Shown here in pieces: positions 1 through 9,798 of a stretch of DNA of 64,000 nucleotides; within the stretch, counting starts at the first letter, position 1, and each line of letters starts with the position of its first letter. The DNA comes from an uncultured Planctomycetota bacterium (GTDB lineage: Bacteria; Planctomycetota; PLA2; JAEUHO01), in contig CAVVXN010000005.1 in the NCBI GenBank assembly GCA_963752285.1, positions 2,240,001 through 2,304,000 of the forward strand, written 5' to 3'. A model generated the notes under the pieces. It was given only the letters and a program-made list of their open reading frames with translations, had not been told where the DNA came from and searched no databases. The position numbers and the translations under genes are program-made.

Positions 1-345
1 CTCGACCTGCCGATCGCGCGGATGTTCGGCGCGCTCGACCACGCGTCCGAGCCGCTCTCCAAGATGCTCCAGGACTACGCGACCGAGCGCGAGGCGGCCG
101 GACGGACCGTGTGGATCGACACGTACCGCTTTCTCGGCCGCGCGCCCGTCTCGGGCGCCGGCGCGCGCCTCGTCGGCGGTCTCGAGAACGGGAGCGACGA
201 CGTGAGGCGCGCGGCGGCCGAGGGGCTCGCCGCGTGGGGCGACAAGGACCTCCTACCCTTCGCGAAGGAACGCCTGCCGCGGGAGCCGCGTCCCGAGATC
301 GCAAAGCTCCTGAGGCGGCTCGCCGGCTCGAACGAAGCCGAGTAG
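1..345 (+). CDS. EboA-like domain protein with C-terminal HEAT repeat (5' partial)
   Basis: Frame is open from base 1. LDLPIARMFG...LSKMLQDYATEREAAGRTV resembles the EboA C-terminal motif (L..ML.DY..ER.AAGR). It is followed by a HEAT-like DDVRRAAAEGL. Confidence 0.55.
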   Translation, partial: LDLPIARMFGALDHASEPLSKMLQDYATEREAAGRTVWIDTYRFLGRAPVSGAGARLVGGLENGSDDVRRAAAEGLAAWGDKDLLPFAKERLPREPRPEIAKLLRRLAGSNEAE

Positions 346-501
346 CCGCAGGACGAAGCGGCTCACGAGGGCGTTCTCGCGCACGAGAACGAGCACGCTC
401 TCGACGCGCGAGCCGAAGACCGGCCGCGCGCGGTCCATCGCGCGCCTCCCGGTCCCCCCCCCGCGGGTCCGGCTCGCGGGAACGTCTCCCGCCGCCCCAC
501 G

Positions 502-507
502 TATCCT
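502..507 (+). promoter_or_regulatory. Putative -10 box (TATCCT), 7 nt before hemF GTG; probably leaderless
   Basis: TAnnnT hexamer in a very GC-rich background, with no Shine-Dalgarno sequence between it and the start codon. Confidence 0.45.
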
Positions 508-514
508 CCCGCCT

Positions 515-1447
515 GTGGACGCACCCGACGCCGCTCCCGTCCGTGCGTGGCTCCTCGACCTCCAGGACCGCGTCGTCGCGGCGCTCGAGACCGAAGACGG
601 CGCGGGGCGCTTCCGCGAGGACCGGCGCGAGGACGAGCGCGGGCTGACCTGGACCCGCGTGCTCGAGGAGGGCCGGGCCATCGAGAAGGCGGCCGTCAAC
701 TTCACGCACGCGGCGGGCGACCGGTTGCCGGCGGCGGCCACGGAGCGCCGGCCCGACCTCCTCGGCCGCGCCTTCGAGGCCGTCTCGCTGTCGGGCATCG
801 TGCATCCCACCAACCCGTACGCGCCGACCTGCCACGTGAACCTCCGCTTCTTCCTGGCCCGGGCGCGGGACGCCGCGCCCGTGTGGTGGTTCGGGGGCGG
901 ATTCGACCTGACGCCCGTGTACGGCTTCGACGAGGACGCGATCCACTGGCACGAGACCGCGCACGCGGCGTGCGCGCCCTTCGGGGACGACGCGTACCCG
1001 AGATTCAAGACCTGGTGCGACCGCTACTTCCGGCTCCCCCATCGCGACGAGGCCCGCGGCGTGGGCGGCCTCTTCTTCGACGACCTCGCGGAGGGCGGCT
1101 TCGCGCCCGCGTTCGCCTTCGTCCGAAGCGTCGGGGAGCACTTCCTCCCCGCGTACCTCCCGATCCTCGCGCGGCGCAAGACGACGCCCTTCGGCGAGCG
1201 CGAGCGGGCGTACCAGCGCGTGCGCCGCGGGCGGTACGTCGAGTTCAACCTGCTCTACGACCGCGGCACCCGCTACGGACTCCAGTCGGGGCGGAGCGTC
1301 GAGGCCGTTCTGTCGTCGCTTCCGCGCGAGGCGCGGTGGGCGTACCGGCACGAGCCGGAGCCGGGGTCGCCCGAGGCGGCGCTCGTCGATCGGTACCTCC
1401 GGCCGCGCGACTGGCTCGCGCCCGGCGCGCCGCCCGTCACCCTCTGA
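515..1447 (+). CDS. hemF: Oxygen-dependent coproporphyrinogen III oxidase
   Basis: Motifs EKAAVNF, HPTNPYAPTCHVNLRFF, WWFGGGFDLTP, RGVGGLFFDD, RRGRYVEFNLLYDRGT. Confidence 0.95.
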   Translation: MDAPDAAPVRAWLLDLQDRVVAALETEDGAGRFREDRREDERGLTWTRVLEEGRAIEKAAVNFTHAAGDRLPAAATERRPDLLGRAFEAVSLSGIVHPTNPYAPTCHVNLRFFLARARDAAPVWWFGGGFDLTPVYGFDEDAIHWHETAHAACAPFGDDAYPRFKTWCDRYFRLPHRDEARGVGGLFFDDLAEGGFAPAFAFVRSVGEHFLPAYLPILARRKTTPFGERERAYQRVRRGRYVEFNLLYDRGTRYGLQSGRSVEAVLSSLPREARWAYRHEPEPGSPEAALVDRYLRPRDWLAPGAPPVTL

Positions 1448-1458
1448 CCCCGGCCCCT

Positions 1459-2769
1459 TCACGGCCCGGTGGCGCCCGCCGGGGACGGGCGATCGGGAGC
1501 CATCGGCTCGAGCCGGTAGCCGAGCGCCTCCACGACGGCCACCGCGCGCGCGAACACGTCCGCGCGGCGCGCGCCCCCCAGGTTCACGACGCCGTAGCGC
1601 ACGCTCCCGCCGTCCTCCTCCTCGAACCGATCGAGCACGTCGCCGACGCGGCACTCGCCGAGGATCAGCGCGTCGGGGTGCTCCGCGCGGATCCTCCCGA
1701 TCTGCGCCTCGTCGGGCGCCGCGACGACCCGCACGGGCTCGAGCGTCCGCAGGGGGATGCTCGCGGCCGCGGCGAACGCGCCCTGGCGGCGCCGGAGGCG
1801 CGGCGACCGGCCCGTCGCGAGCGCGAACGCGACCTCGTAGCCGTTCGTCCCGTCCACCTTCTCGTAGAGGTCGGCGAACTGCCCGCACATGCGCGTGTTG
1901 AGCTCGATCACGCCGACGCGACCGGTGGCGAGCTCGAACGTCAGCTCGGCGTTGAAGAGCGTCCGGTCGAGGCCGCTCGCCTTTGCGACCCGCAGGGCCA
2001 CGTCCTCGATCCGGGCGAGGACCTTCCGCGGGAGGTGCGACGGGTAGTCGAAGCGCGAGAAGCAGTGCGTCCCCGGATGGAACGACGAGTCCACGGTCCC
2101 GATGACCTTCGCCTCGCCCTCCTCGAGGTACCCCTCGACGGTCACCTGGCGGCCCGCGAGGAGGCCCTCGGCGAGGAACGCGCTCCCGTCGTGCTCGAGG
2201 TCGGTGAGCGCGGCGAGCATCCGGTTGTAGATCGCGACGTAGCGCGTGACGTGCGCGCGCGCCTCGGGCGCGTCGAGGAAGCGGCGGAGGTCGTCCTCGT
2301 CCTGGACGCGGCGCGCGAGTCTCGAGAACGCGCCCTTGACCGGCTTCACGAAGCAGGGGAACGCGAGAGGGAACGGCGCGGGCAGCGGCTCGTCGGGGCG
2401 GAGCCGGACGAAGGGCGGCGTCGACGCGGGCACGACCCGCGCCTGGTCCTGCCGGGCGTAGTACTTGTGCGAAGCGCGGAGCAGGAGGTCGGGCCGCGCA
2501 CCCGGGAGCCCGAGCCGCTTCGCGACGAGCGCCGCGAGCGTGGCCCCGGGGTAGTCGCTCGAGCTCGTGACGCCCTCGATCGAGCCGCGGTACGTCCGCA
2601 CGAGCTCGTCGGCGTACGGGATGGGGTCGAGGTCGTCGGGACAGTCGGCGTCCGAGAGGCTCCCGAAGACGGCCTCGTAGCGGGGGTCCCGCGCGAGCCA
2701 GGGCGGGATCTGGAGGCGGTCCCACTCGGTGGGGAGGACGACGAGGACGCGGGGGACGGCGGGGGACAT
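1459..2769 (-). CDS. ATP-grasp domain protein (amino-acid/peptide ligase-like)
   Basis: HKYYAR, FPCFVKPVKG, FLAEGLLAG.QVTVEG and VIELNTR are typical ATP-grasp motifs. Confidence 0.85.
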   Translation of the reverse strand: MSPAVPRVLVVLPTEWDRLQIPPWLARDPRYEAVFGSLSDADCPDDLDPIPYADELVRTYRGSIEGVTSSSDYPGATLAALVAKRLGLPGARPDLLLRASHKYYARQDQARVVPASTPPFVRLRPDEPLPAPFPLAFPCFVKPVKGAFSRLARRVQDEDDLRRFLDAPEARAHVTRYVAIYNRMLAALTDLEHDGSAFLAEGLLAGRQVTVEGYLEEGEAKVIGTVDSSFHPGTHCFSRFDYPSHLPRKVLARIEDVALRVAKASGLDRTLFNAELTFELATGRVGVIELNTRMCGQFADLYEKVDGTNGYEVAFALATGRSPRLRRRQGAFAAAASIPLRTLEPVRVVAAPDEAQIGRIRAEHPDALILGECRVGDVLDRFEEEDGGSVRYGVVNLGGARRADVFARAVAVVEALGYRLEPMAPDRPSPAGATGP

Positions 2770-2848
2770 CGACGGGTCGTCACGGCGGGCGGCCCGGCGC
2801 GGGCGCCACGGCGCGGGTGGTAGCGTACCGGCGGAGCCCCCCCCGCCC

Positions 2849-4798
2849 GTGACCGATGCGCCTCGACCCCGTTTTCCCGTGCGCGTCGTCGAGCACCTCT
2901 GGATCCCCGTCGGCCACGGCGTGCGCCTCGCGGCGCGCGCGTGGCTCCCCGACGCCCCGGGGGAGCGGGCGCGGGGCCCCGCCGTCCTCGAGTACCTCCC
3001 CTACCGGAAGCGCGACGGGACGCGGCGACGGGACGAGACGATCCACCCCGTGCTCGCGGCCCACGGCCATCCGTGCTTCCGCGTGGACGTCCGCGGCACG
3101 GGCGAGTCCGACGGGCTCCTCTCCGACGAGTACGCCGAGACCGAGATCGAGGACGGGCTCGCCGTCCTCTCGTGGATCGCCAGGCAGCCGGGCTCGGGCG
3201 GGCGGGCGGTCGTGCTCGGCAAGTCGTGGGGCGGAATCAACGCGCTGATGATCGCCGCGCGGCGTCCGCCGGAGCTCGCGGGGGTGGTCTCGGTGTGCGC
3301 GACGAACGACCGGTACGCGAACGACGCGCACTACATGGGCGGCCGGCTCCTCGCGGAGAACCTCACGTGGGGCGTCGGTCTGATGGCGGTCGCGGCGCAC
3401 CCCCCCGACCCGCGCCTCTACGGCGACGCGTGGCGCGAGGCGTGGCGCGCGCGCCTCGCGGCCGTCCGGCCGTTTCCCCGGGACTGGATGGCGCACCCGA
3501 CGGACGACGGCTACTGGAGACGCGGACGCGTCGGCGACGCGGCGCGGGACCTCGCGTGCCCGGTGCTCCTCGTCGGCGGCACCGAAGACCCGTACCGCGA
3601 CGCCATCGGGCACCTGCTCCCCGGTCTCGGGGCCGGACGCGTCGAAGCGGTCGTCGGCCCGTGGGCGCACCTCTACCCCCACCTCGGCCGCCCGGGTCCG
3701 GCGCTCGACTTCCCCATGGAGGTGGTCCGCTGGCTCGCCAGGATCGACGAGGGCGCGTCCGGCGCACGACCGCCGCTCCTCGTATACGTGACCGAGGGCC
3801 GGCGCGAGCGGGACGGCGGCGCGCGGGCGGGTCGCTGGGTCGCGCGCAGCGGATGGCCGTCCCCGGAGGCGACGGCGGCGACGTTCGGTCTCGGCGACGG
3901 GACGCTCGGAGACGCCCGCCCCGGTCGGATCCTCCTCTCGTCCCCCGTGCCGACGGGGCTCGCCGCCGGCGGGTGGTGTCGCTTCGGCCTCCCCGACGAG
4001 GGTCCGTACGAGCAGTCCGGCGACGACCGCGCCTCCGTCTGCTTCGACACGCCGCCGCTCGACCGCCCGCTCGACGTGCTCGGCGTCCCCGGGTTTCGCG
4101 CGACCCGCGCCGGCGACGGGGGCCCCGGCCTCCTCGTCGCGCGGCTGGAGGAGGTGTTCGAGGACGGGCGCTCCGAGCGCGTCGCGTACGGGTTCGTGGA
4201 CCTCGCGCATCGAGACCGGACGATCGAGGTGTCGCTCGAGCTCACCGCGCACCGCTTCCGGCGCGAGAGCCGCGTGCGCCTCGCGCTCGCGAGCGCCTGC
4301 TTCCCCGTCGCGTGGCCGATGCCGTCGGACGGGCCCGTGACGCTCGACCGGGCGGCGTGCGCGCTCCGCCTCCCCCTCGACGACGCGGCGGGCGCGCGGT
4401 CACTGCCGTCCGGCTTTCCCGCGCCGCCGCCCGCGGGCCTTCCGCCCGAGCCGGACCTCGAGGGCTTCCGACGCGAGGTCCGCCGGGACCCGGTGACGGG
4501 CGAGGTCACCGTGCACGCGACGTCGGACCTCGACGCCTCCGGCGCGCCCGTGACGCACCGCATGGAGGAGATCGACCTCGCGCACGGCCACGGCGTCGCG
4601 GAGACGTTCTCGGTGCGCCCCGGCGACCCCGCCTCCGCGCGGGGCGAGGTCCGTCACGTCGTCCGCTTCGAGGTCCCGGGCCTGCGCCTCGACGTGAACG
4701 CGACCGGACGGGTCCACGCCGAGCACGGCCGCGTGGTCTTCGAGGGCGAGCTCGAAGCGTTCGAGAACGGACAGCGCGTCGCGCGGCGGTCGTGGTGA
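2849..4798 (+). CDS. CocE/NonD family serine hydrolase (peptidase S15)
   Basis: LEYLPYRKRD, DVRGTGESDG, nucleophile GKSWGG, GPWAH and a PepX-like C-terminal domain. GTG start chosen at 2849. Confidence 0.9.
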   Translation: MTDAPRPRFPVRVVEHLWIPVGHGVRLAARAWLPDAPGERARGPAVLEYLPYRKRDGTRRRDETIHPVLAAHGHPCFRVDVRGTGESDGLLSDEYAETEIEDGLAVLSWIARQPGSGGRAVVLGKSWGGINALMIAARRPPELAGVVSVCATNDRYANDAHYMGGRLLAENLTWGVGLMAVAAHPPDPRLYGDAWREAWRARLAAVRPFPRDWMAHPTDDGYWRRGRVGDAARDLACPVLLVGGTEDPYRDAIGHLLPGLGAGRVEAVVGPWAHLYPHLGRPGPALDFPMEVVRWLARIDEGASGARPPLLVYVTEGRRERDGGARAGRWVARSGWPSPEATAATFGLGDGTLGDARPGRILLSSPVPTGLAAGGWCRFGLPDEGPYEQSGDDRASVCFDTPPLDRPLDVLGVPGFRATRAGDGGPGLLVARLEEVFEDGRSERVAYGFVDLAHRDRTIEVSLELTAHRFRRESRVRLALASACFPVAWPMPSDGPVTLDRAACALRLPLDDAAGARSLPSGFPAPPPAGLPPEPDLEGFRREVRRDPVTGEVTVHATSDLDASGAPVTHRMEEIDLAHGHGVAETFSVRPGDPASARGEVRHVVRFEVPGLRLDVNATGRVHAEHGRVVFEGELEAFENGQRVARRSW

Positions 4799-4929
4799 TT
4801 CGGGCGCGGCGCCGTCGATCGGGAGGCCGCGCGGCCCACCGCGGGACGAACGGTACGTTCGTCGGCGCGCTCGGCGCGACGTGTCCGGCCGCGAGCGGTG
4901 CTTTTCCCCTCACCTCCGCGCGCGCGGGG

Positions 4930-4935
4930 TAGGGT
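4930..4935 (+). promoter_or_regulatory. Putative -10 box (TAGGGT), 6 nt before pyk ATG; probably leaderless
   Basis: TAnnnT hexamer at leaderless spacing, with no SD. Confidence 0.4.
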
Positions 4936-4941
4936 CACCGG

Positions 4942-6360
4942 ATGGTTCCTCGTCACAAGACCCGCGTCGTCGCGACCATCGGCCCCGCGTCGGACGACGT
5001 GGAGACCGCCTCCCGCATGCTGGAGGCGGGGATGGACGTCGCGCGGCTCAACTTCTCCCACGAGGACCCCGACGCGCACGCGCGGCGCATCGCCACGCTC
5101 CGCGAGGCGGCGCACCGGACGGGACGCCGCCTCGCGATCATGGCCGACCTCCCCGGACCGAAGATCCGCCTGGGCGAGGTTGCGCCCGAACCGGTCGAGA
5201 TCCGCGCCGGCGACACGATCGTCCTCACGAGCGAGGAGGTGAAGGGGGACGCGAAGCGCGTCTCGGTGAGCCTCGAGCGCCTCCCCCGGGCGGCGCACCC
5301 CGGCGACCAGATCTTCGTGAACGACGGCCTGGTCGCGCTGGAGGTCGTGTCGGTCGCGGGGAACGACGTGACGTGTCGCGTCGTGCAGGGCGGGGAGCTC
5401 CGCTCGCGCAAGGGCGTGAACGTCCCCGGCATGGACCTCGGCATGTCGGGGTTCACCGACCACGACGCCGACCTCCTCCGCTTCGCGCTCGACGAAGGCG
5501 TGGAGATCGTGAGCCAGTCGTTCGTCGAGTCGGGCGACGACCTCCGCGCGCTCCACGACGTGGCGGCCGCGCACGGCCGGGTCCCCTTCGTGGTCGCGAA
5601 GATCGAGCGGGCCCGCGCGCTCGAGCGTCTCGACGACATCCTCGCGGTCGCGGACGGCATCATGGTGGCGCGCGGCGACCTCGGCGTGGAGATCCCGATC
5701 GAGCAGATCGCGACGGTGCAGAAGGACCTCGTGCGCCGCGCCCACGTCCTGGGCCTGCCGACCGTCATCGCCACACAGATGCTCGAGTCGATGACCGAGA
5801 GCACCCGGCCGACGCGCGCCGAGGCGACCGACGTGGCGAACGCCGTGCTCGACGGCGCGGACGCGGTCATGTTGTCGGGCGAGTCGGCCGTGGGGCTCCA
5901 CCCGGTCGAGGCCGTCGAGATGCTGGGACGCATCGCCGCGGCCGTCGAACCCCGGATCGAGTCCCGACGCTCCTCGGAGATCTTCGGCGACCTCTTCTCG
6001 GCGAAGCCCGACGGCATGCGCGACCTCTTGGCGCTCGCGGTCGAGACGGTGGTCGAGCACGCGAAGCCCGCCGTCGTGCTCGTCCCGACGCGGAGCGGCG
6101 CCACGGCGCGAAACGTCGCCCGCTTCCGCCTGCCTACCTGGATCGTCGCCGTGAGCCGCCACCCCGAGACCTGCCAGGGACTCCAGCTCTCGTGGGGCGT
6201 CGTGCCCATCCTGGTGGACGAGGAGCCCGAAGACTGGCGCACGTTCGCGAGGGACTGGCTGGCCCGGCAGGGCACGGAGGGGCACCTCGCCGTCCTCCTC
6301 CGCGGCCCCTCCGACCGAAATCCCCGCGTCAACCACCGGATGGAGATCCTCCCTCTCTAG
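4942..6360 (+). CDS. pyk: Pyruvate kinase
   Basis: TIGPAS, ARLNFSH, DLPGPKIR, AKIE, DGIMVARGDLGVE, ATQMLESM, DAVMLSGESAVG. Confidence 0.97.
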   Translation: MVPRHKTRVVATIGPASDDVETASRMLEAGMDVARLNFSHEDPDAHARRIATLREAAHRTGRRLAIMADLPGPKIRLGEVAPEPVEIRAGDTIVLTSEEVKGDAKRVSVSLERLPRAAHPGDQIFVNDGLVALEVVSVAGNDVTCRVVQGGELRSRKGVNVPGMDLGMSGFTDHDADLLRFALDEGVEIVSQSFVESGDDLRALHDVAAAHGRVPFVVAKIERARALERLDDILAVADGIMVARGDLGVEIPIEQIATVQKDLVRRAHVLGLPTVIATQMLESMTESTRPTRAEATDVANAVLDGADAVMLSGESAVGLHPVEAVEMLGRIAAAVEPRIESRRSSEIFGDLFSAKPDGMRDLLALAVETVVEHAKPAVVLVPTRSGATARNVARFRLPTWIVAVSRHPETCQGLQLSWGVVPILVDEEPEDWRTFARDWLARQGTEGHLAVLLRGPSDRNPRVNHRMEILPL

Positions 6361-6439
6361 CGACGCGGCGCCCGCGGCGCCTGGGGCGCCCTCCCTTCGC
6401 GCATCCCGTTCTCGGGACACGGCGTCCTCCCGATTCGCG

Positions 6440-8095
6440 TCAGGGGGCGGGGAAGACGAGGTCCTCGCCGCCCAGGTCCGTCACGTGGAGGACGGCCGAC
6501 CCGTCGGGATACGGGCCGAGCGTCGGGCCTGCGAGCGGGTCGCGGCGCGCGGCGCTCTCCGCCGCGTGTACCGCGCCCAGCGCGTCTTCGCCCGCGCGGA
6601 GCTCGGTCGTGCCCAGCCGTCCCGCGGCGGGGAAGGAGCCCCACCCGGGCACCTCGACGCGGAGCGCCGAGACCGCCACGTCGGGGGGCAACGCGTCGTA
6701 GAGCCGGAACGCGTGCCCGGGCCGGACGCGCGCCGGGGTCCGCGCCGCACGCCCGGCCACGACCGTCACGCCACCGAGGTCCGCGGTCTCGCCCGTCGCG
6801 GGCAGCGCGATCACCACGTCGTACGTCCCCGGACGGAGCGAGAAGCGAAGCGTGTCGGCAGCTTCCCGCGTCGGCGTCTCGGCCTGCCAACCGAGCCGGC
6901 TCCAAGCGCCGTCCAGGCGGCGCACGAACGCGAACGGCGCGAGCGCGCTCCCCTCGCGCTCGAGACCCTGGCCCGTGACCGGGAGGCCCGTCACGACGAG
7001 GTCGCCCGCCGCCGCGAGACTTCCAAGCCGCACGACCTCGCGCACCTCGCGGCCGGGCGCGTCGAGCTCGAACGAGCGGATCTCCGGCTCGCGACCCTCC
7101 GCCGTGACCTCGAGCGAATACGCGCCGGGCGGGAGGGGGAGATCGGCCTCGATCACGTCCGGGGTGTCGTCCGTCGTGTAGGTCACGGCCGTCGGGTCGC
7201 CGCGGGCGTCGTACACCTCGAGGTGCACCGACTCGGCGAGCGCTTCGCCCGTCGCGGGGTCGAGAACGTCGAGGACGAGCCGCCCCGGAGGCGCGACCAC
7301 GAGCCAGACGCCGCGCCCGCCGGGCTCCGCCACGGCCTCCGGGGGGTCGGTGACGAGGTCCAACGCCTCGACCACCACCGGCACCGGGCGGTCGAAGCGG
7401 AGCGTGGCACGCCCGTCCTCGTCGGTCGTCTCGAGCACGGTCGCAAGCGGCGACTCCGGGCCCGCCCACGCAGGGACCGCGCCGTGCCGCGTCGCCGGCC
7501 GCCCGCGCACCATCGCCTGGGCGACCGGCGCCCCGCCGGGCTCCGTGAGCCGAACCTCGACGAGGACGAGCGGCGGGAGACGGATGTCCACCTCGCGGCC
7601 CGTCTCCACCTGGTCCCCGTCCAGGAACGCGGGGGCGAGCCCCTCGCCCCGCGCGCCGATCCACGTGCCGGGGAGCGGCCGGGCCGCGAGTCGGAACGCG
7701 CCGTCCTCCCCCGCGACCGTGCTCGCGAACGCCCGGACGCCCATGCCCTCGCTCGCCAGCTTCGAGATCTGCCAGACCGAGGCGCGGGCGACCGGCCGGC
7801 CGTCGCCCGTGACGACACGCCCCGCGAGCACCCGTCCGGGGCCGACGTCCGCTGGCCCCGGGACACGGAAGACCCCGCGGGGCGGCGGCAAGACGCGGGT
7901 CGCGCCGCGCCGGGGTGCGACGGCCCCGGGCTGCCCGACGAGCCCGCGCGCGTGCCCCGGCGCCGGGGGCGTCGTCGGCGCGGCCGCGGGCGGACGCCCG
8001 AGCGCGCTGCCGAAGGGCCCCGACCCGTCCGAGAGCGCGCGCCACGCGACGAGGACGAGCAGGAGGACGGCGACGGCCAGGACGAGGCGGCGCAC
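6440..8095 (-). CDS. Exported/membrane-anchored protein with carboxypeptidase regulatory-like beta-sandwich repeats
   Basis: N-terminal hydrophobic anchor. Repeated G.V...G.PV..A.V, TDEDGRA and PG.Y motifs. Confidence 0.7.
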   Translation of the reverse strand: MRRLVLAVAVLLLVLVAWRALSDGSGPFGSALGRPPAAAPTTPPAPGHARGLVGQPGAVAPRRGATRVLPPPRGVFRVPGPADVGPGRVLAGRVVTGDGRPVARASVWQISKLASEGMGVRAFASTVAGEDGAFRLAARPLPGTWIGARGEGLAPAFLDGDQVETGREVDIRLPPLVLVEVRLTEPGGAPVAQAMVRGRPATRHGAVPAWAGPESPLATVLETTDEDGRATLRFDRPVPVVVEALDLVTDPPEAVAEPGGRGVWLVVAPPGRLVLDVLDPATGEALAESVHLEVYDARGDPTAVTYTTDDTPDVIEADLPLPPGAYSLEVTAEGREPEIRSFELDAPGREVREVVRLGSLAAAGDLVVTGLPVTGQGLEREGSALAPFAFVRRLDGAWSRLGWQAETPTREAADTLRFSLRPGTYDVVIALPATGETADLGGVTVVAGRAARTPARVRPGHAFRLYDALPPDVAVSALRVEVPGWGSFPAAGRLGTTELRAGEDALGAVHAAESAARRDPLAGPTLGPYPDGSAVLHVTDLGGEDLVFPAP

Positions 8096-8107
8096 CGTTC
8101 GCCCCGA

Positions 8108-9562
8108 TCAGGGCGTGCGCATGCGGGCTTCGAGCACGAGGACCTGGCCCTGTCGCGCCAGGTCGATCGCCTCGCCGAGGAGGCGCGCGGCCTCCTGCGG
8201 CGCGTGGAAGCCCGTCGAGTTCTCGGAGGCCACGAGGTCGAGCCGCCAGAAGGCGCGCCGGTGGAGCGTCCGTGCGGGCGCCAGATCGTCGTCACGGATC
8301 CCCGCGTCGCGCGCCGCGCGCAACGTCACGACGAGCTCCTTGACCGCCTGCTCCGCCCGGAGCTGGAGCGACTGCGTCTTGTCCTGGATCTGGTTCACGC
8401 GGTCCACGAGCTCGTGCTCGGCATACGCGTGGCAGCTCCGGCACGCGGCCGCGACGTCGAGGACCGGGCTTCGGACGTGGTGGTCGCTGACGACGTCCGT
8501 GCCCACGCGCCGGCGCGGCATGTGACAGTCCGCGCACGCCACGCCGGACCGCCCGTGGATGCCCTGGCTCCACATCTCGAACTCCGGGTGCTGCGCCTTC
8601 AGGAGCGACGCGAGGCTGTCGGGATGGGTCCAGTCCGTGACCTCGCGCGCGTCGTAGTAGGCCTCCTCGGCCTCGGCGTCGAGGCCCCGCTCCCACGGGT
8701 ACACGAGACGCCCCGAGGCGGAGACCTCGTACTCCACGTGACACTGCGCGCAGACGAAGACACGCATCTCCTGCCGCGTCGCGTCGCGATTGGGGTCGTA
8801 CGGCGCGCGCTGGTCCCCGCGGCGCCACCGGCCGATGCTCGGCAGGGCGGGCAGCTCCGCGCGGCTCGCCGCGAGGGCGGCGATGCCCTCCAGGAACGCG
8901 GGGCGCGTGACGCGGAGGCCCATCGTGTCGGGCGTGTGGCAGTCGATGCAGGCGACCGGATGGTCCACGAGCTTCACGGCGTCCTCGTAGCGCATCCCGG
9001 AGACGACCTCGAAGCCCCGCGTGAGCTGTGCGCGGGCGTCGTCGCTGTCGAAGGGCGCGTCGAGGCGCCCCGGCGCGCCCTGGCCGAGCCCCACCTCGCG
9101 GTACGCGCGCACGATCGAGGCGTGGCAGTTGAGACACGCGCCGCGCTGCTCGACCCTCGTGACGCGCTCGCTCTCGAGCTGATCCTGCAGCATGTACGCG
9201 TGTCCGCGATCCTCGCGGTAGTCGATCGAGAACGGGTACCCGGCGTACAGGTCGCGCCAGACGGGGTCCTCGTCGAGCTTCTCGAACGCCTGGCTCCCCC
9301 CGTGACGTGTCCGGATCGAGTCCGTCGTGGCGAGGTACGCGTCGTACTCGCGCGGGTAGTCCCTCCCCCACGTCGCGGGATCCACGGTCTGCTCGTCGAG
9401 CTTCACCAGGGCGAGGCCCGCCGTCCGCGCCGCGGGCGCCGGCCGCGTCCTCGCGTCGAGGAGGAGGAGGACACCCACCGTCGAGACTCCGACCAGGAGG
9501 ACCAGGGCGAGCGGGGCCAGGCCGGCGACCCCGGCCGAGGGCGGGAGCGGGCGAGGCGTCAT
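8108..9562 (-). CDS. nrfA: Pentaheme cytochrome c552 nitrite reductase (ammonia-forming)
   Basis: Five heme motifs CLNCH, CIDCH, CAQCH, CADCH, CRSCH. Also YREDRGH, CHVEY, diagnostic LKAQHPEFE and ENSTGFHAPQEA. ATG at 9562 precedes a hydrophobic segment. Confidence 0.92.
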   Translation of the reverse strand: MTPRPLPPSAGVAGLAPLALVLLVGVSTVGVLLLLDARTRPAPAARTAGLALVKLDEQTVDPATWGRDYPREYDAYLATTDSIRTRHGGSQAFEKLDEDPVWRDLYAGYPFSIDYREDRGHAYMLQDQLESERVTRVEQRGACLNCHASIVRAYREVGLGQGAPGRLDAPFDSDDARAQLTRGFEVVSGMRYEDAVKLVDHPVACIDCHTPDTMGLRVTRPAFLEGIAALAASRAELPALPSIGRWRRGDQRAPYDPNRDATRQEMRVFVCAQCHVEYEVSASGRLVYPWERGLDAEAEEAYYDAREVTDWTHPDSLASLLKAQHPEFEMWSQGIHGRSGVACADCHMPRRRVGTDVVSDHHVRSPVLDVAAACRSCHAYAEHELVDRVNQIQDKTQSLQLRAEQAVKELVVTLRAARDAGIRDDDLAPARTLHRRAFWRLDLVASENSTGFHAPQEAARLLGEAIDLARQGQVLVLEARMRTP

Positions 9563-9798
9563 GACGGGACCTCCGAGGGCGCGGCGCCGGCGCCGCGCGG
9601 TGCACGCGCACGGGATCGGTCGCGTCTCCGACGCCGCGGACGTCGCCGGCGGGGGCGTCGAATCGACGTCGGGCACGCGCGAGCGCGCGGCGGGGGCCCC
9701 CGGGGCGCGGTCCGCGACGCCTCGGGCGAGGCGAGCGCGACGGCGCCGGACCGGGGCGTCCCGACGGGACATCAAGGCCGATCCTCCGGGGTTCGAGT

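Noticed and set aside
9563..9798. Possible nrfH or N-terminal extension upstream of nrfA
   Set aside because: No CXXCH motifs or hydrophobic helix seen. The in-frame extension is low-complexity and precedes the real hydrophobic leader.
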